Shown one piece after another: positions 40,009 to 48,569 of a stretch of DNA of 64,000 nucleotides; positions within the stretch are counted from its first letter, which is position 1, and every line of letters starts with the position of its first letter. Location: assembly GCA_964601305.1 (NCBI GenBank), contig CAZRMW010000001.1, positions 135,450 to 199,449 on the forward strand, given 5' to 3'. Position numbers and translations under genes: made by a program. The stretch comes from an uncultured Candidatus Saccharibacteria bacterium (GTDB lineage: Bacteria > Patescibacteriota > Minisyncoccia > JAHISW01 > Tagabacteraceae). Below the pieces are notes generated by a model that searched no databases, was not told the DNA's origin, and was given only the letters and a program-made list of their open reading frames with translations.

Positions 40009-41103
40009 ATGAAAATCGGTATTGTAGGCCTACCAAACGTAGGCAAATCCACACTTTTTAAAGCACTAACAAAAATACAGGTAGATATAAACAACTACCC
40101 GTTTTGTACTATTGAACCAAATACAGGTATCGTTGAGGTGCCCGACGAAAGAATAGACAATCTTGCCAAACTTTCTAACTCCAAGAAAAAAATCTATGCC
40201 ACAATAGAGTTTGTAGACATTGCAGGAATTATAGAAGGAGCCAGCGAAGGTCAGGGACTTGGAAACAAATTTCTTCACAATATCCGCGAAGTAGATGCTA
40301 TAGCCCAAGTAGTGCGTGCTTTTAGAAATAAAAATATTACTCATGTACGAGACGAAGTAAATCCAGAAAAAGACATTGAAATTATAAACACCGAGCTTAT
40401 TTTGGCCGACATGGAAACAGTTTTAAAAAGAATTCCAAAACTAGAAAAAGAGGCCCGGGCACTAGATAAAACCGCTATCAAGCAATTAGAACTCGTCAAG
40501 CAACTCGAAAAAATATTAAACGAAAATAGTATGAAAAAAGTGAAAGAATTTATAAATTCTTTGGGAGAAGACCCCGCCGAGCGGGGCAAGCTTGAATTAA
40601 TTAAAGACCTTCACTTACTTTCTTTTAAACCAATCTTGTATGTAGTAAATGGGAGTAATTCGGGGGAAAAAATTGAAGGACTCGATAACAAAAACAGCCT
40701 CGTGCTAGATATAAAAACTGAGGAGGATTTGCTTGAATTATCAAACGAAGAACAACAAGAACTAGAATTAAAATCTCATCTATCAAAACTAATTACAAAA
40801 AGCTATGAGCTATTAGGGCTTATGACCTTTCTCACAACTGGAGAGGACGAGACGCGGGCATGGACCGTACCTATAAGCTCTGCGGCCCCGCGAGCTGGGC
40901 GCGCTATTCATGGAGATTTTGAAGAAAAATTTATCCGCGCTGATATCATCAACTACACCACTCTCCTCTCATCTGTGGGAAGCTCAACTTCCCACAGAGA
41001 TGATGTCAACCCTATGGCAAACGCCCGCGAAAAAGGCCTCATAAAAACCGTTGGTAAAGACTATATAGTCCAAAACGGCGACATAATAGAGTTTAGGATA
41101 TAA
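40009..41103 (+). CDS. ychF: Ribosome-binding ATPase YchF (Obg-like ATPase)
   Basis: MKIGIVGLPNVGKSTLF, TGS/C-terminal AWTV...IHGDFE...GKDYIVQNGD. Contains in-frame REP (SVGSSTSHR) and GC-hairpin (DPAERGK) segments. Confidence 0.9.
   Translation: MKIGIVGLPNVGKSTLFKALTKIQVDINNYPFCTIEPNTGIVEVPDERIDNLAKLSNSKKKIYATIEFVDIAGIIEGASEGQGLGNKFLHNIREVDAIAQVVRAFRNKNITHVRDEVNPEKDIEIINTELILADMETVLKRIPKLEKEARALDKTAIKQLELVKQLEKILNENSMKKVKEFINSLGEDPAERGKLELIKDLHLLSFKPILYVVNGSNSGEKIEGLDNKNSLVLDIKTEEDLLELSNEEQQELELKSHLSKLITKSYELLGLMTFLTTGEDETRAWTVPISSAAPRAGRAIHGDFEEKFIRADIINYTTLLSSVGSSTSHRDDVNPMANAREKGLIKTVGKDYIVQNGDIIEFRI
40571..40590. repeat. GC-rich hairpin repeat CCCCGCCGAGCGGGGCAAG (in-frame in ychF)
   Basis: Identical 19-mer to the reverse complement of 27290..27310. 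Confidence 0.6.
40972..40998. repeat. 27-bp REP palindrome TCTGTGGGAAGCTCAACTTCCCACAGA (in-frame in ychF)
   Basis: One mismatch to the copies at 42160 and 42395. Confidence 0.7.
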
Positions 41104-41149
41104 AAACTGGTAAACAAAAACTTTGCTTACCAGTTTCAAACAACTCTTT

Positions 41150-41584
41150 TTATTTTTTCTTTGTCAAAAACAAACAATTCTCAGTCCATTCTATTGTTTG
41201 TATCTCAAGCGAGTTTATTATTTTTTCTACAATTTCTCCGTCTTCTATGTTAAACACATGAGCACAAAGCTCTCCATCTTTATTCAAAAAAATAACAACG
41301 GGAAGATATTTAACAAAACTTGGAGATATTTCAAAAAAAACTTTTACCTCATTCAGACTAGCAGACATGAGAGACTTTTCTGCCATTTCTTTTGTAACTT
41401 TTTTTGTTGAGCTACCATCTTTTGTGGTAAATAAATGAAAATCACCACTCTCAAAACTGGGCGCCACCACCCCATCTTTAATGTTTAATTCACCACAATC
41501 TCTACAGTTTCTTAATAATTTTCCACATTCATCACAATACTCTGGTTTTACAGGTTTCATAAAATCTCCCTTTTTTATTTTCAA
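41150..41584 (-). CDS. Hypothetical protein with N-terminal zinc-ribbon (CDEC...CRDC)
   Basis: Probable start at MKPVKPEYCDEC. Confidence 0.4.
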   Translation of the reverse strand: MKIKKGDFMKPVKPEYCDECGKLLRNCRDCGELNIKDGVVAPSFESGDFHLFTTKDGSSTKKVTKEMAEKSLMSASLNEVKVFFEISPSFVKYLPVVIFLNKDGELCAHVFNIEDGEIVEKIINSLEIQTIEWTENCLFLTKKK

Positions 41585-41653
41585 CGATCAATGTTAGTTT
41601 ATAAAATAAAACCACAAAACCAAATTTTTTACAACACCACACACAAAATCTTC

Positions 41654-41682
41654 ATCTGTGCGACATCCGATGTCGCACAGAT
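41654..41682. repeat. REP-variant palindrome ATCTGTGCGACATCCGATGTCGCACAGAT, 3' of the RAYT gene
   Basis: Perfect 29-bp palindrome sharing the ATCTGTG...CACAGAT ends with the REP family. Confidence 0.65.
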
Positions 41683-41706
41683 ACCCTGTCAAGTTTTTAC
41701 ACCATC

Positions 41707-42387
41707 CTACTCTATTATAAATTCTCTAATTTCTTCGAAGGTGTTTTTTGCTTTGTTTTTATTTTTTTGGCAACTTTTTAAAAACTCATCGTACTCACTA
41801 AAGTTTTTACAATTTGTCCATTTATATTCTTCTAAAAACTTTTTTGCTTTTCTCCAATCTTTTAATCCACCATCTTTCCACCCTGGTTCAAATAAATCTA
41901 AGGGATTCATGTAAATATATTGTTTCAAATAATTTAAATATTCATCTCTATTAACCAAAATAGCCTTAAATCTTCCTTGGAAAAGAGACCCGCTTCTTTC
42001 ATATTTCTGATTAAAATAATTAGTATAACCAGTGCCAAGCTTTTGCATAAAACTAACAACCCCATTTTCTTCTACTTGTTCAAGTATCAAATGAAAATGA
42101 TTCGACATCAAACAAGAACAATGAATCTTAATTACTGGTTCCCTATCTTCTTTTTCTATTCTGTGGGAAGTTGAACTTCCCACAGATACAATACCGTTGC
42201 TCTTATTTATACGTCGAAATAAATTAATCGAAGAATTTTTGTCGTTAAAATCTCTCAACCCATAAAGAAACCTGTGGTAGTCTTCGTTATTCATAAAGAC
42301 TTTTCTCTTGTCTACTCCACGATTAAAAATATGATAAAAATGATTGTCTACAAATTGTGGTCTTTTCATTGTTTGTAGTATACACAT
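41707..42387 (-). CDS. REP-associated tyrosine transposase (RAYT; IS200/IS605-like Y1 HUH transposase)
   Basis: HFYHIFNRG...LMSNHFHLIL (HuH)...GTGYTNYFNQKYERSGSLFQGRFKAILV...YIYMNPL. Flanked by REP palindromes. A 27-bp REP lies in-frame at 42160-42186. Likely start at MKRPQF (42369). Confidence 0.75.
   Translation of the reverse strand: MCILQTMKRPQFVDNHFYHIFNRGVDKRKVFMNNEDYHRFLYGLRDFNDKNSSINLFRRINKSNGIVSVGSSTSHRIEKEDREPVIKIHCSCLMSNHFHLILEQVEENGVVSFMQKLGTGYTNYFNQKYERSGSLFQGRFKAILVNRDEYLNYLKQYIYMNPLDLFEPGWKDGGLKDWRKAKKFLEEYKWTNCKNFSEYDEFLKSCQKNKNKAKNTFEEIREFIIE
42160..42186. repeat. REP palindrome TCTGTGGGAAGTTGAACTTCCCACAGA (inside the RAYT CDS, in-frame)
   Basis: Exact reverse complement of the 42395..42421 copy. 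Confidence 0.75.
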
Positions 42388-42394
42388 TTTTTTA

Positions 42395-42421
42395 TCTGTG
42401 GGAAGTTCAACTTCCCACAGA
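42395..42421. repeat. REP palindrome TCTGTGGGAAGTTCAACTTCCCACAGA (between the RAYT start and rpsF)
   Basis: Perfect 11-bp arms. Confidence 0.75.
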
Positions 42422-42473
42422 TATATTGCATAATTTTGGAAAATTGGTAGTATATATCAGTAATACAAATATT

Positions 42474-42944
42474 ATGACAAAAGAAGAAAATTTATACGAA
42501 ATAGGTTATTTACTTAAATCAGACCTCAAAGATGAGGAGCTTTTAGCATTTTCTAATGAACTTAAGGAAGAAATTTCTAAAAAAAGTGGTTTGGTATTAT
42601 CCGAAGGAAGAAATAAGAGAGAAAACTTGTCTTACCCTATCTCAAAAGAAACTACTGCTTTTTTTAATTGGATAAAATTTAATCTTCCAAAAACCGATGT
42701 AATAAAAGAAATCTCTAGCCACTTAGAAAAACAAACAAGTGTTCTAAGATTTCTTACTATAAAATCTTCTGAAGAGGAAAAAATTAAGCCTTTTACTCCC
42801 AGAACTTTTATTAAAAAACCACGTCTTGATTCGAATAAAATTGAAAAAGAAGAAACAACCATCACAAAAAAGTCAGAGCCAATAAAAGAGAAGGTTAAGG
42901 AAGAGGAAATTGATAAAAAAATTGAGGAATTATTAGGAAAATAA
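42474..42944 (+). CDS. rpsF: 30S ribosomal protein S6 (with Lys/Glu-rich C-terminal extension)
   Basis: MTKEENLYEIGYLL... Gene order rpsF-ssb-rpsR. Confidence 0.7.
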   Translation: MTKEENLYEIGYLLKSDLKDEELLAFSNELKEEISKKSGLVLSEGRNKRENLSYPISKETTAFFNWIKFNLPKTDVIKEISSHLEKQTSVLRFLTIKSSEEEKIKPFTPRTFIKKPRLDSNKIEKEETTITKKSEPIKEKVKEEEIDKKIEELLGK

Positions 42945-42953
42945 ACAAAAAAT

Positions 42954-43406
42954 ATGAATTTAAACAAAGTTTTTATAATCGGTAGATTAACACAAGATCC
43001 GGAGATGAGAAATCTTCCTTCTGGTAAGCCTGTTGTTTCGTTTGGTCTTGCAACCAATAGAAATTGGACTAGTCAAAGTGGAGAAAAACAACAAGACACA
43101 CAATTTCACAATATTGTTTTGTTTGGACGTTTGGCAGAAATAGCTAGCCAGTATCTTAAAAAAGGAAGTATGGCTCTAATTGAGGGCCGAATACAAACGA
43201 GAAACTGGGAAGGCCAAGATGGAAATAAAAAATATAAAACAGAAATTATAGCCGAAAGACTTCAGATGGGTCCAAGAAGTGCAGGAAGCGCTAATTCAGC
43301 TCCATCAACAGCAAACAATTTTAACCAAAATAACAAGAAGGAAGAAACTCTAGATACAATCGAGTACCCTGAAGAAAACAATAATCCAGATAAAATTCCT
43401 TTTTAA
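42954..43406 (+). CDS. ssb: Single-stranded DNA-binding protein
   Basis: [19 protein letters not shown]...[20 protein letters not shown]...acidic tail DKIPF. Confidence 0.9.
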   Translation: MNLNKVFIIGRLTQDPEMRNLPSGKPVVSFGLATNRNWTSQSGEKQQDTQFHNIVLFGRLAEIASQYLKKGSMALIEGRIQTRNWEGQDGNKKYKTEIIAERLQMGPRSAGSANSAPSTANNFNQNNKKEETLDTIEYPEENNNPDKIPF

Positions 43407-43426
43407 ATATTAACTTATTAAAACCT

Positions 43427-43630
43427 ATGACTAAGCAATGCTTTTTTTGCACAAACAATATAAAAAAAATAGACTATAAAGAGACAGATACTCTTAAAAA
43501 TTTTATTGATGCACAAGCAAAAATTCTTCCTAAAAGACAAACTCATTTGTGTATAAAACACCAAAAAAGACTCGCACTAGCTATAAAGAGAGCTCGGTTT
43601 TTAGCACTACTTCCTTTTGTTAAGAAGTAA
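43427..43630 (+). CDS. rpsR: 30S ribosomal protein S18
   Basis: [23 protein letters not shown]...[28 protein letters not shown]. Confidence 0.9.
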   Translation: MTKQCFFCTNNIKKIDYKETDTLKNFIDAQAKILPKRQTHLCIKHQKRLALAIKRARFLALLPFVKK

Positions 43631-43641
43631 CGCTTTATAAT

Positions 43642-44646
43642 TTAGGAATTTTTTAACTCTTCTTTTATTTTTTTAGTAATTTCTTTAGCTACTCCTGTGT
43701 TTTCTTTTAAGAAAGCTCGGGCTTTTTCGTATCCAACACCTAGTTTAGTCTTACCATAAGAGTAAGAAGCTCCAGCTTTTTTGACTATTCCATACTTTTC
43801 TCCTAAATTAAGTATCTCGCCTGTATGAGAAATCCCTTCATTGTAAATAAGGTCAAACTCCGCAATCCTAAAGGGAGCAGCTGTTTTGTTTTTTACTACC
43901 TTAGCCCTGGTTCTGTTTCCAATTATCTGATCTCCTTTTTTGATTTGTGCAATTCTTCTTACATCTATCCTTACTGAAGAATAAAATTTTAGAGCTTTAC
44001 CTCCAGGAGTAGTTTCTGGACTCCCAAACATTACCCCAATCTTCATTCTAATTTGATTTATAAAGATAACTATTGTGTTTGATTTAGCAACTATGGAAGT
44101 AAGTTTTCTAAGTGCTTGAGACATTAGTCTAGCCTGCAAGCCTATATGCCTGTCGCCCATCTCTCCTTCTATTTCTGCCTTTGGTGTTAAGGCTGCCACA
44201 GAGTCCACCACTACCACATCTAATTTACCTGAACGTACCAAGCTTTCTGTAATCTCTAGTGCCTGTTCGCCTGTATCTGGCTGAGAAATAAGCAAATCTT
44301 TTACCTTTACACCTAATTTTTTGGCATACACAGGATCCATTGCATGTTCGGCATCTACAAATGCGCAAAGCCCTCCTTTCTTTTGAGCTTGAGCTACCAC
44401 ATGAAGAGCCAGTGTAGTTTTTCCAGAAGATTCTGGACCGTACACCTCCACTACCCTTCCTTTTGGAAGACCTCCTACACCAAGCGCAGCGTCAAGAGCT
44501 AACGACCCAGTAGGAATCGAGTCTACATGCACCTTTGGCACATCGCCAAGCTTCATTATTGCTCCCTCACCATATTTTGCTTTTAATCCCTCTAAAACAA
44601 TTTCTATGTCTTCTCCTGTTTTTTTAACCTTTTTTTCTTTTGCCAT
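43642..44646 (-). CDS. recA: Recombinase RecA
   Basis: [23 protein letters not shown]...[19 protein letters not shown]. Confidence 0.95.
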   Translation of the reverse strand: MAKEKKVKKTGEDIEIVLEGLKAKYGEGAIMKLGDVPKVHVDSIPTGSLALDAALGVGGLPKGRVVEVYGPESSGKTTLALHVVAQAQKKGGLCAFVDAEHAMDPVYAKKLGVKVKDLLISQPDTGEQALEITESLVRSGKLDVVVVDSVAALTPKAEIEGEMGDRHIGLQARLMSQALRKLTSIVAKSNTIVIFINQIRMKIGVMFGSPETTPGGKALKFYSSVRIDVRRIAQIKKGDQIIGNRTRAKVVKNKTAAPFRIAEFDLIYNEGISHTGEILNLGEKYGIVKKAGASYSYGKTKLGVGYEKARAFLKENTGVAKEITKKIKEELKNS

Positions 44647-44647
44647 A

Positions 44648-44995
44648 TTATTTAAGTATTACTTTTAATTTTTTATGTACTTCTCTATCAAACTTGTCTT
44701 TGGCTAATAGCTCGATAATATTATAACCCTCTGCTAAAATCAAGCTCCCCTTAAAATTACCAGATGTATCGACAAGAATGCTTTTCCCATTTAAAAGCAA
44801 GAGGGAAACATTTTGAGCTTTTCCTTTAACTTCAATTAAAGATTCTTTTAAAACATCTCCATTTTGTGGAAATTCTACAACAATACGTGGTCCTAGTATA
44901 AAAAATCTAGCTTGATAAAAAAAATAAAAAATTAAAATCCCGGATATAATTATCAGTACAGAAAGTCTAATATAAAAAAGTGGTTTTGAATTCAT
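44648..44995 (-). CDS. Hypothetical membrane protein
   Basis: N-terminal TM segment. The start codon abuts MITE copy 2. Confidence 0.4.
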   Translation of the reverse strand: MNSKPLFYIRLSVLIIISGILIFYFFYQARFFILGPRIVVEFPQNGDVLKESLIEVKGKAQNVSLLLLNGKSILVDTSGNFKGSLILAEGYNIIELLAKDKFDREVHKKLKVILK

Positions 44996-45113
44996 CCCGT
45001 ACGAAATAGAGAATCAGAGATTCTCGTTTGTTAGTCTAATAATTTGATAATTTATATTTTTTATTTTTCTACACATAAAAATGTTTATTAAAAGTCAGAA
45101 TTTCGTACGGGAT
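44994..45113. mobile_element. MITE-like element copy 2 (~120 bp; same TIRs and internal hairpin)
   Basis: See copy 1. Lies between the ftsK stop and the start of 44648..44995. Confidence 0.6.
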
Positions 45114-45119
45114 TCATTT

Positions 45120-47261
45120 TTAATATTCTTCACTTGGTTTTTCTACCAAAACATCTCTAGGCTTAGAACCATCTGCAGGTCCAACAACCCCCCTCTCTTC
45201 TAGCATATCTAAAAGACGCGCTGCTCTGGCATACCCCACACGCAATCTTCTTTGCAAATAAGAAGAAGACGCTTTGCCAGCAGCAATAACAATTTCTCTT
45301 GCCTCTTCATAAAGGTCGTCGCCATTCTCACCTGAATCTTCTAATGAACTATCGTCAAAAATAGATGTCTGTTGAGTTTCCCCACTCATACTAACTTCCT
45401 GCGAGTCATAATCTTCATATTCTTTTTTGAGAAAATCAACTACATTTCTTACTTCTTTCTCTGAAACAAAAGAGCCTTGAATACGCCTTGGTTTTGAAGA
45501 ATCACTAGACAAGAAAAGCATATCTCCATTACCCAGAAGTTTCTCTGCCCCAGACATATCCAAAATAGTCCTCGAATCAACCTGGGAAGCCACCTGAAAT
45601 GCTATACGCCCAGTAATATTGGCCTTAATTAGACCTGTAATAACATTTACGGAAGGTCTTTGTGTAGAAACAACTAGGTGTATCCCCACAGCTCTAGACA
45701 TCTGTGCAAGCCTTACAATAGAAGCCTCAAACTCTCTCGGATAAGTCGCCATAATATCTGCAAGCTCATCTATAACAATAACAATGTAAGGCATATCGTC
45801 TGGTCTTTTTTTGTGATAAGAATTAATATCTCTAGCTCCTACTTCAAGAAGAGCTTCGTACCTTCTTTCCATTTCTTTTGTCGCCCATTTAAGCGCCATT
45901 ATGGCTTTTTTTGCTTCTGTAATAACCGGAGTAAGTAAGTGGGGCAAATCGTTGTAAACATTAAGCTCTACTCTCTTTGGATCTACCAAAAGAAGCTGTA
46001 ATTCTTGCGGTGAATGCCTAAAAAGCAAACTCATCATAAGGCCGTGTATGGAAACAGATTTTCCAGAGCCAGTAGCTCCAGCTATAAGCAAATGTGGCAT
46101 TTTAACAATGGAAGAAAAAACAGATCTTCCAGCAACATTTTTACCAAGAGCGAGAAGCAAAGGAATTTCTTTATATTTTTTATTTGCCTCTTCAAGAAGT
46201 TTTTTAAGACCAACAACAGAAGAAGACCTATTTGGAACTTCTATCCCAACAAGAGATTTTCCAGGAATAGGGGCTTCTATCCTTATCGGGTGCGCAGCCA
46301 AGGCTAGAGATAAGTCGTTGTTTAGTGCAACTATTCTTGAAAGTTTCACCCCTTCTGCTGGCTTTATGGAATATTGAGTTACTGCAGGACCTATACAAAC
46401 TTCTGCTATTTCCACATTAATACCAAAATTTTGAAATGTTCTTCTTATTATATTAGAATTTGCCTTTATATCTCCTGCCGAAGGCTTACCTTTATCGCTC
46501 TGCAAGAGATCTAGGGGTGGTCCAGAAAAACTTTTGTTGCCAAAAAATTTGAGTGAACTTATTTTTGTACCTCTACCTTTAAAAAATCCCTCTTCTTTTG
46601 TTTCTTGTTTGCTGTTTGTTGTTTGTCCGTCTTCTGACGCTGTTTCTTGTTCGTATTCTTCATCTTCCTCTTCACCATCGTCTTCCTCTTGGTCTTCTAT
46701 CTCCTCACCTTCACTGTCGTCTTCAAATAGTTTTTGCTGTTTTGGCTTTCTTTTTAGAAAAGAGAAGGAAAGTGGCACATTAAACATTACCAAAAATCCG
46801 ATTAGTAAAATTATTATAAAAATTATTAAGGTGGCCCAAAAATCTACTAATTTTAAAAAAGGGAGAGAAATAAAATACCCCGCATACCCTCCTGTTTTTT
46901 CTCCAAAAAGAATTTCAGCAAGAGCTAAGCCACTTAAAAGTATTAAAAAGCCTCCTACCAAGTTAGAAGATAATAAATTTGGACGAAAAGAGGCAAATAA
47001 AGAAACTGCAGCTAAAACAAAAAGCAAAGGTATTAAAAACAATCCATCTCCAAACAGAAACTCTAAAACCATATAAGTATACCTACCTAAAAGGCCTGCC
47101 TTGCTAAATATAGCTAAAATAAAAAAGACGGAGAATCCAAGGGAGACAATGGCCCAAATAGAATGGGTTGTCTCTTTGTTTAGCCCGTGGTACCACCTTT
47201 CAATTACATCTCTTTCTTTGTTTTTTGTAATTTTTTTCTTCTTTGCAACCATACTACCCAT
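45120..47261 (-). CDS. ftsK: DNA translocase FtsK/SpoIIIE
   Basis: TM N-terminus, acidic linker, Walker A GATGSGKS, FtsK gamma-like C-terminus. Confidence 0.9.
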   Translation of the reverse strand: MGSMVAKKKKITKNKERDVIERWYHGLNKETTHSIWAIVSLGFSVFFILAIFSKAGLLGRYTYMVLEFLFGDGLFLIPLLFVLAAVSLFASFRPNLLSSNLVGGFLILLSGLALAEILFGEKTGGYAGYFISLPFLKLVDFWATLIIFIIILLIGFLVMFNVPLSFSFLKRKPKQQKLFEDDSEGEEIEDQEEDDGEEEDEEYEQETASEDGQTTNSKQETKEEGFFKGRGTKISSLKFFGNKSFSGPPLDLLQSDKGKPSAGDIKANSNIIRRTFQNFGINVEIAEVCIGPAVTQYSIKPAEGVKLSRIVALNNDLSLALAAHPIRIEAPIPGKSLVGIEVPNRSSSVVGLKKLLEEANKKYKEIPLLLALGKNVAGRSVFSSIVKMPHLLIAGATGSGKSVSIHGLMMSLLFRHSPQELQLLLVDPKRVELNVYNDLPHLLTPVITEAKKAIMALKWATKEMERRYEALLEVGARDINSYHKKRPDDMPYIVIVIDELADIMATYPREFEASIVRLAQMSRAVGIHLVVSTQRPSVNVITGLIKANITGRIAFQVASQVDSRTILDMSGAEKLLGNGDMLFLSSDSSKPRRIQGSFVSEKEVRNVVDFLKKEYEDYDSQEVSMSGETQQTSIFDDSSLEDSGENGDDLYEEAREIVIAAGKASSSYLQRRLRVGYARAARLLDMLEERGVVGPADGSKPRDVLVEKPSEEY

Positions 47262-47317
47262 TATAAACTATTTGAGTTATGATTTAAACAGCTTGAAAAA
47301 AAGGAGGATTACTGATT

Positions 47318-47713
47318 ATGAAAAAAATGTCTTTATTTTGTGTAGTTTTGTTTGTGCTTTCTACTCTTATTTCTTTTATATCTGTATCTTTTGTAAATAG
47401 TGCCAGTAGTCCAACAACGGACTACAAAAAAATACTAGAAACACTTAAAAAAGAAAAACCAAGTATTGAATATTTTATTACAAGCACCGGAGATAAAATA
47501 GAAGACCCTTCCCATGCAAAAGGAAAAGATTATATAAAATTAGTAAGACAAAAAAGAGGGAATATAAGACTTGTACAATATATCATCTTTGAAAAAAACA
47601 ACACATATAAAATAGTCTATTTATATATAAACAATAAATTATTAATAGACAGAGAAGACAAGGAAGGAAATCAAGGAGCAGATGGAAAATTCGAAGCAGA
47701 GTTTCCATATTAA
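47318..47713 (+). CDS. Secreted hypothetical protein
   Basis: Signal peptide. 131 aa. Confidence 0.4.
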   Translation: MKKMSLFCVVLFVLSTLISFISVSFVNSASSPTTDYKKILETLKKEKPSIEYFITSTGDKIEDPSHAKGKDYIKLVRQKRGNIRLVQYIIFEKNNTYKIVYLYINNKLLIDREDKEGNQGADGKFEAEFPY

Positions 47714-47721
47714 TATAAAAA

Positions 47722-47773
47722 TCCCCCCGCCAACATCTGTGAAGTTGTGGCAGGGGGAATTTCGTTTTTTATT
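47722..47773. terminator. Bidirectional terminator between convergent genes
   Basis: UCCCCCCGCCAACA...UUGUGGCAGGGGGAA hairpin with a T-run on the plus side and an A-run on the other. Confidence 0.7.
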
Positions 47774-48368
47774 TCAAAAGTGGGTTTATGATTTTTTTCA
47801 TTTGTTCCAGCGTCTTTACTGGTGCATTATGCTCAGAAAATCTAACAATACCCTGATCATCAAAAACAATGAGAAAAGGGTAATTTCCCACCTTATGTTT
47901 TTTAAGCAAGGGAATAAGGCTCGAATATTCCGGATGCGACTGAATTAAAAGCCAATTCTCAAAATCAAACGGGCCAAACCTGTTTATCATAGAAGCTTGT
48001 GCTGGGCGATAAAATGAAACAGCAGGAATTCCAATAATCTTGATTTTGTTTTTATATTCTTTGGACAATTCGTTAAAAACTTTCACCTGCAAACTGCAGT
48101 CTTTTGCTCCTGGTCACCAAAATCCTAAAACAGTTACCTTCCCTTTTGTTTCTTCATAAAAATTCATAGAAAAGGTTTGTCTCGTGTGAAAATTAATGTG
48201 AACCAAAGTAAAGTCGACTGCCTTTTGGCCAACCATTGAATCGCCAACGGCAATATCGTCTTGATTTTGTTCATCAGCGACGACCTTGGTATCCAGAGCC
48301 AAAACAGCTCCACAAAACACCAAAGAAACCACGACTGCCAAAGTTAAAAAGATTGATATCTGTTTCAT
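47769..48368 (-). CDS. TlpA/ResA-like thioredoxin-fold protein interrupted by an in-frame TGA at the active-site position (candidate selenoprotein, recoding, or pseudogene)
   Basis: Signal peptide ...GKVTVLGFW-TGA-PGAKDCSLQVKVF.... The frame is continuous across 48114-48116. The combined length of ~199 aa fits the TlpA family. Confidence 0.55.
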
Positions 48369-48569
48369 GGTTCTATCCCCCTAGTTTTGTTGGTTTTTAC
48401 TTAATGATTGTTGTCAAAGATTTTTATCTCTACCCTATTTTTAGTCTAGTTTATTAAAAAAAAATTAAAAGTACCTAATATAACAATACAGACATACCAA
48501 AATGTCTATATAAAACAAAAATCCTGGTGATATAAAACCACGAGGATTTTCTTTACTTAAAATTTATCA

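Noticed and set aside
48060-48113. Bacterial SECIS element downstream of the in-frame TGA
   Set aside because: Only a 5-bp CUGCA/UGCAG stem with a GUU loop is present ~14 nt downstream. This is too weak to call, and the UxxxxxC spacing is atypical, so selenocysteine is kept as a hypothesis only.
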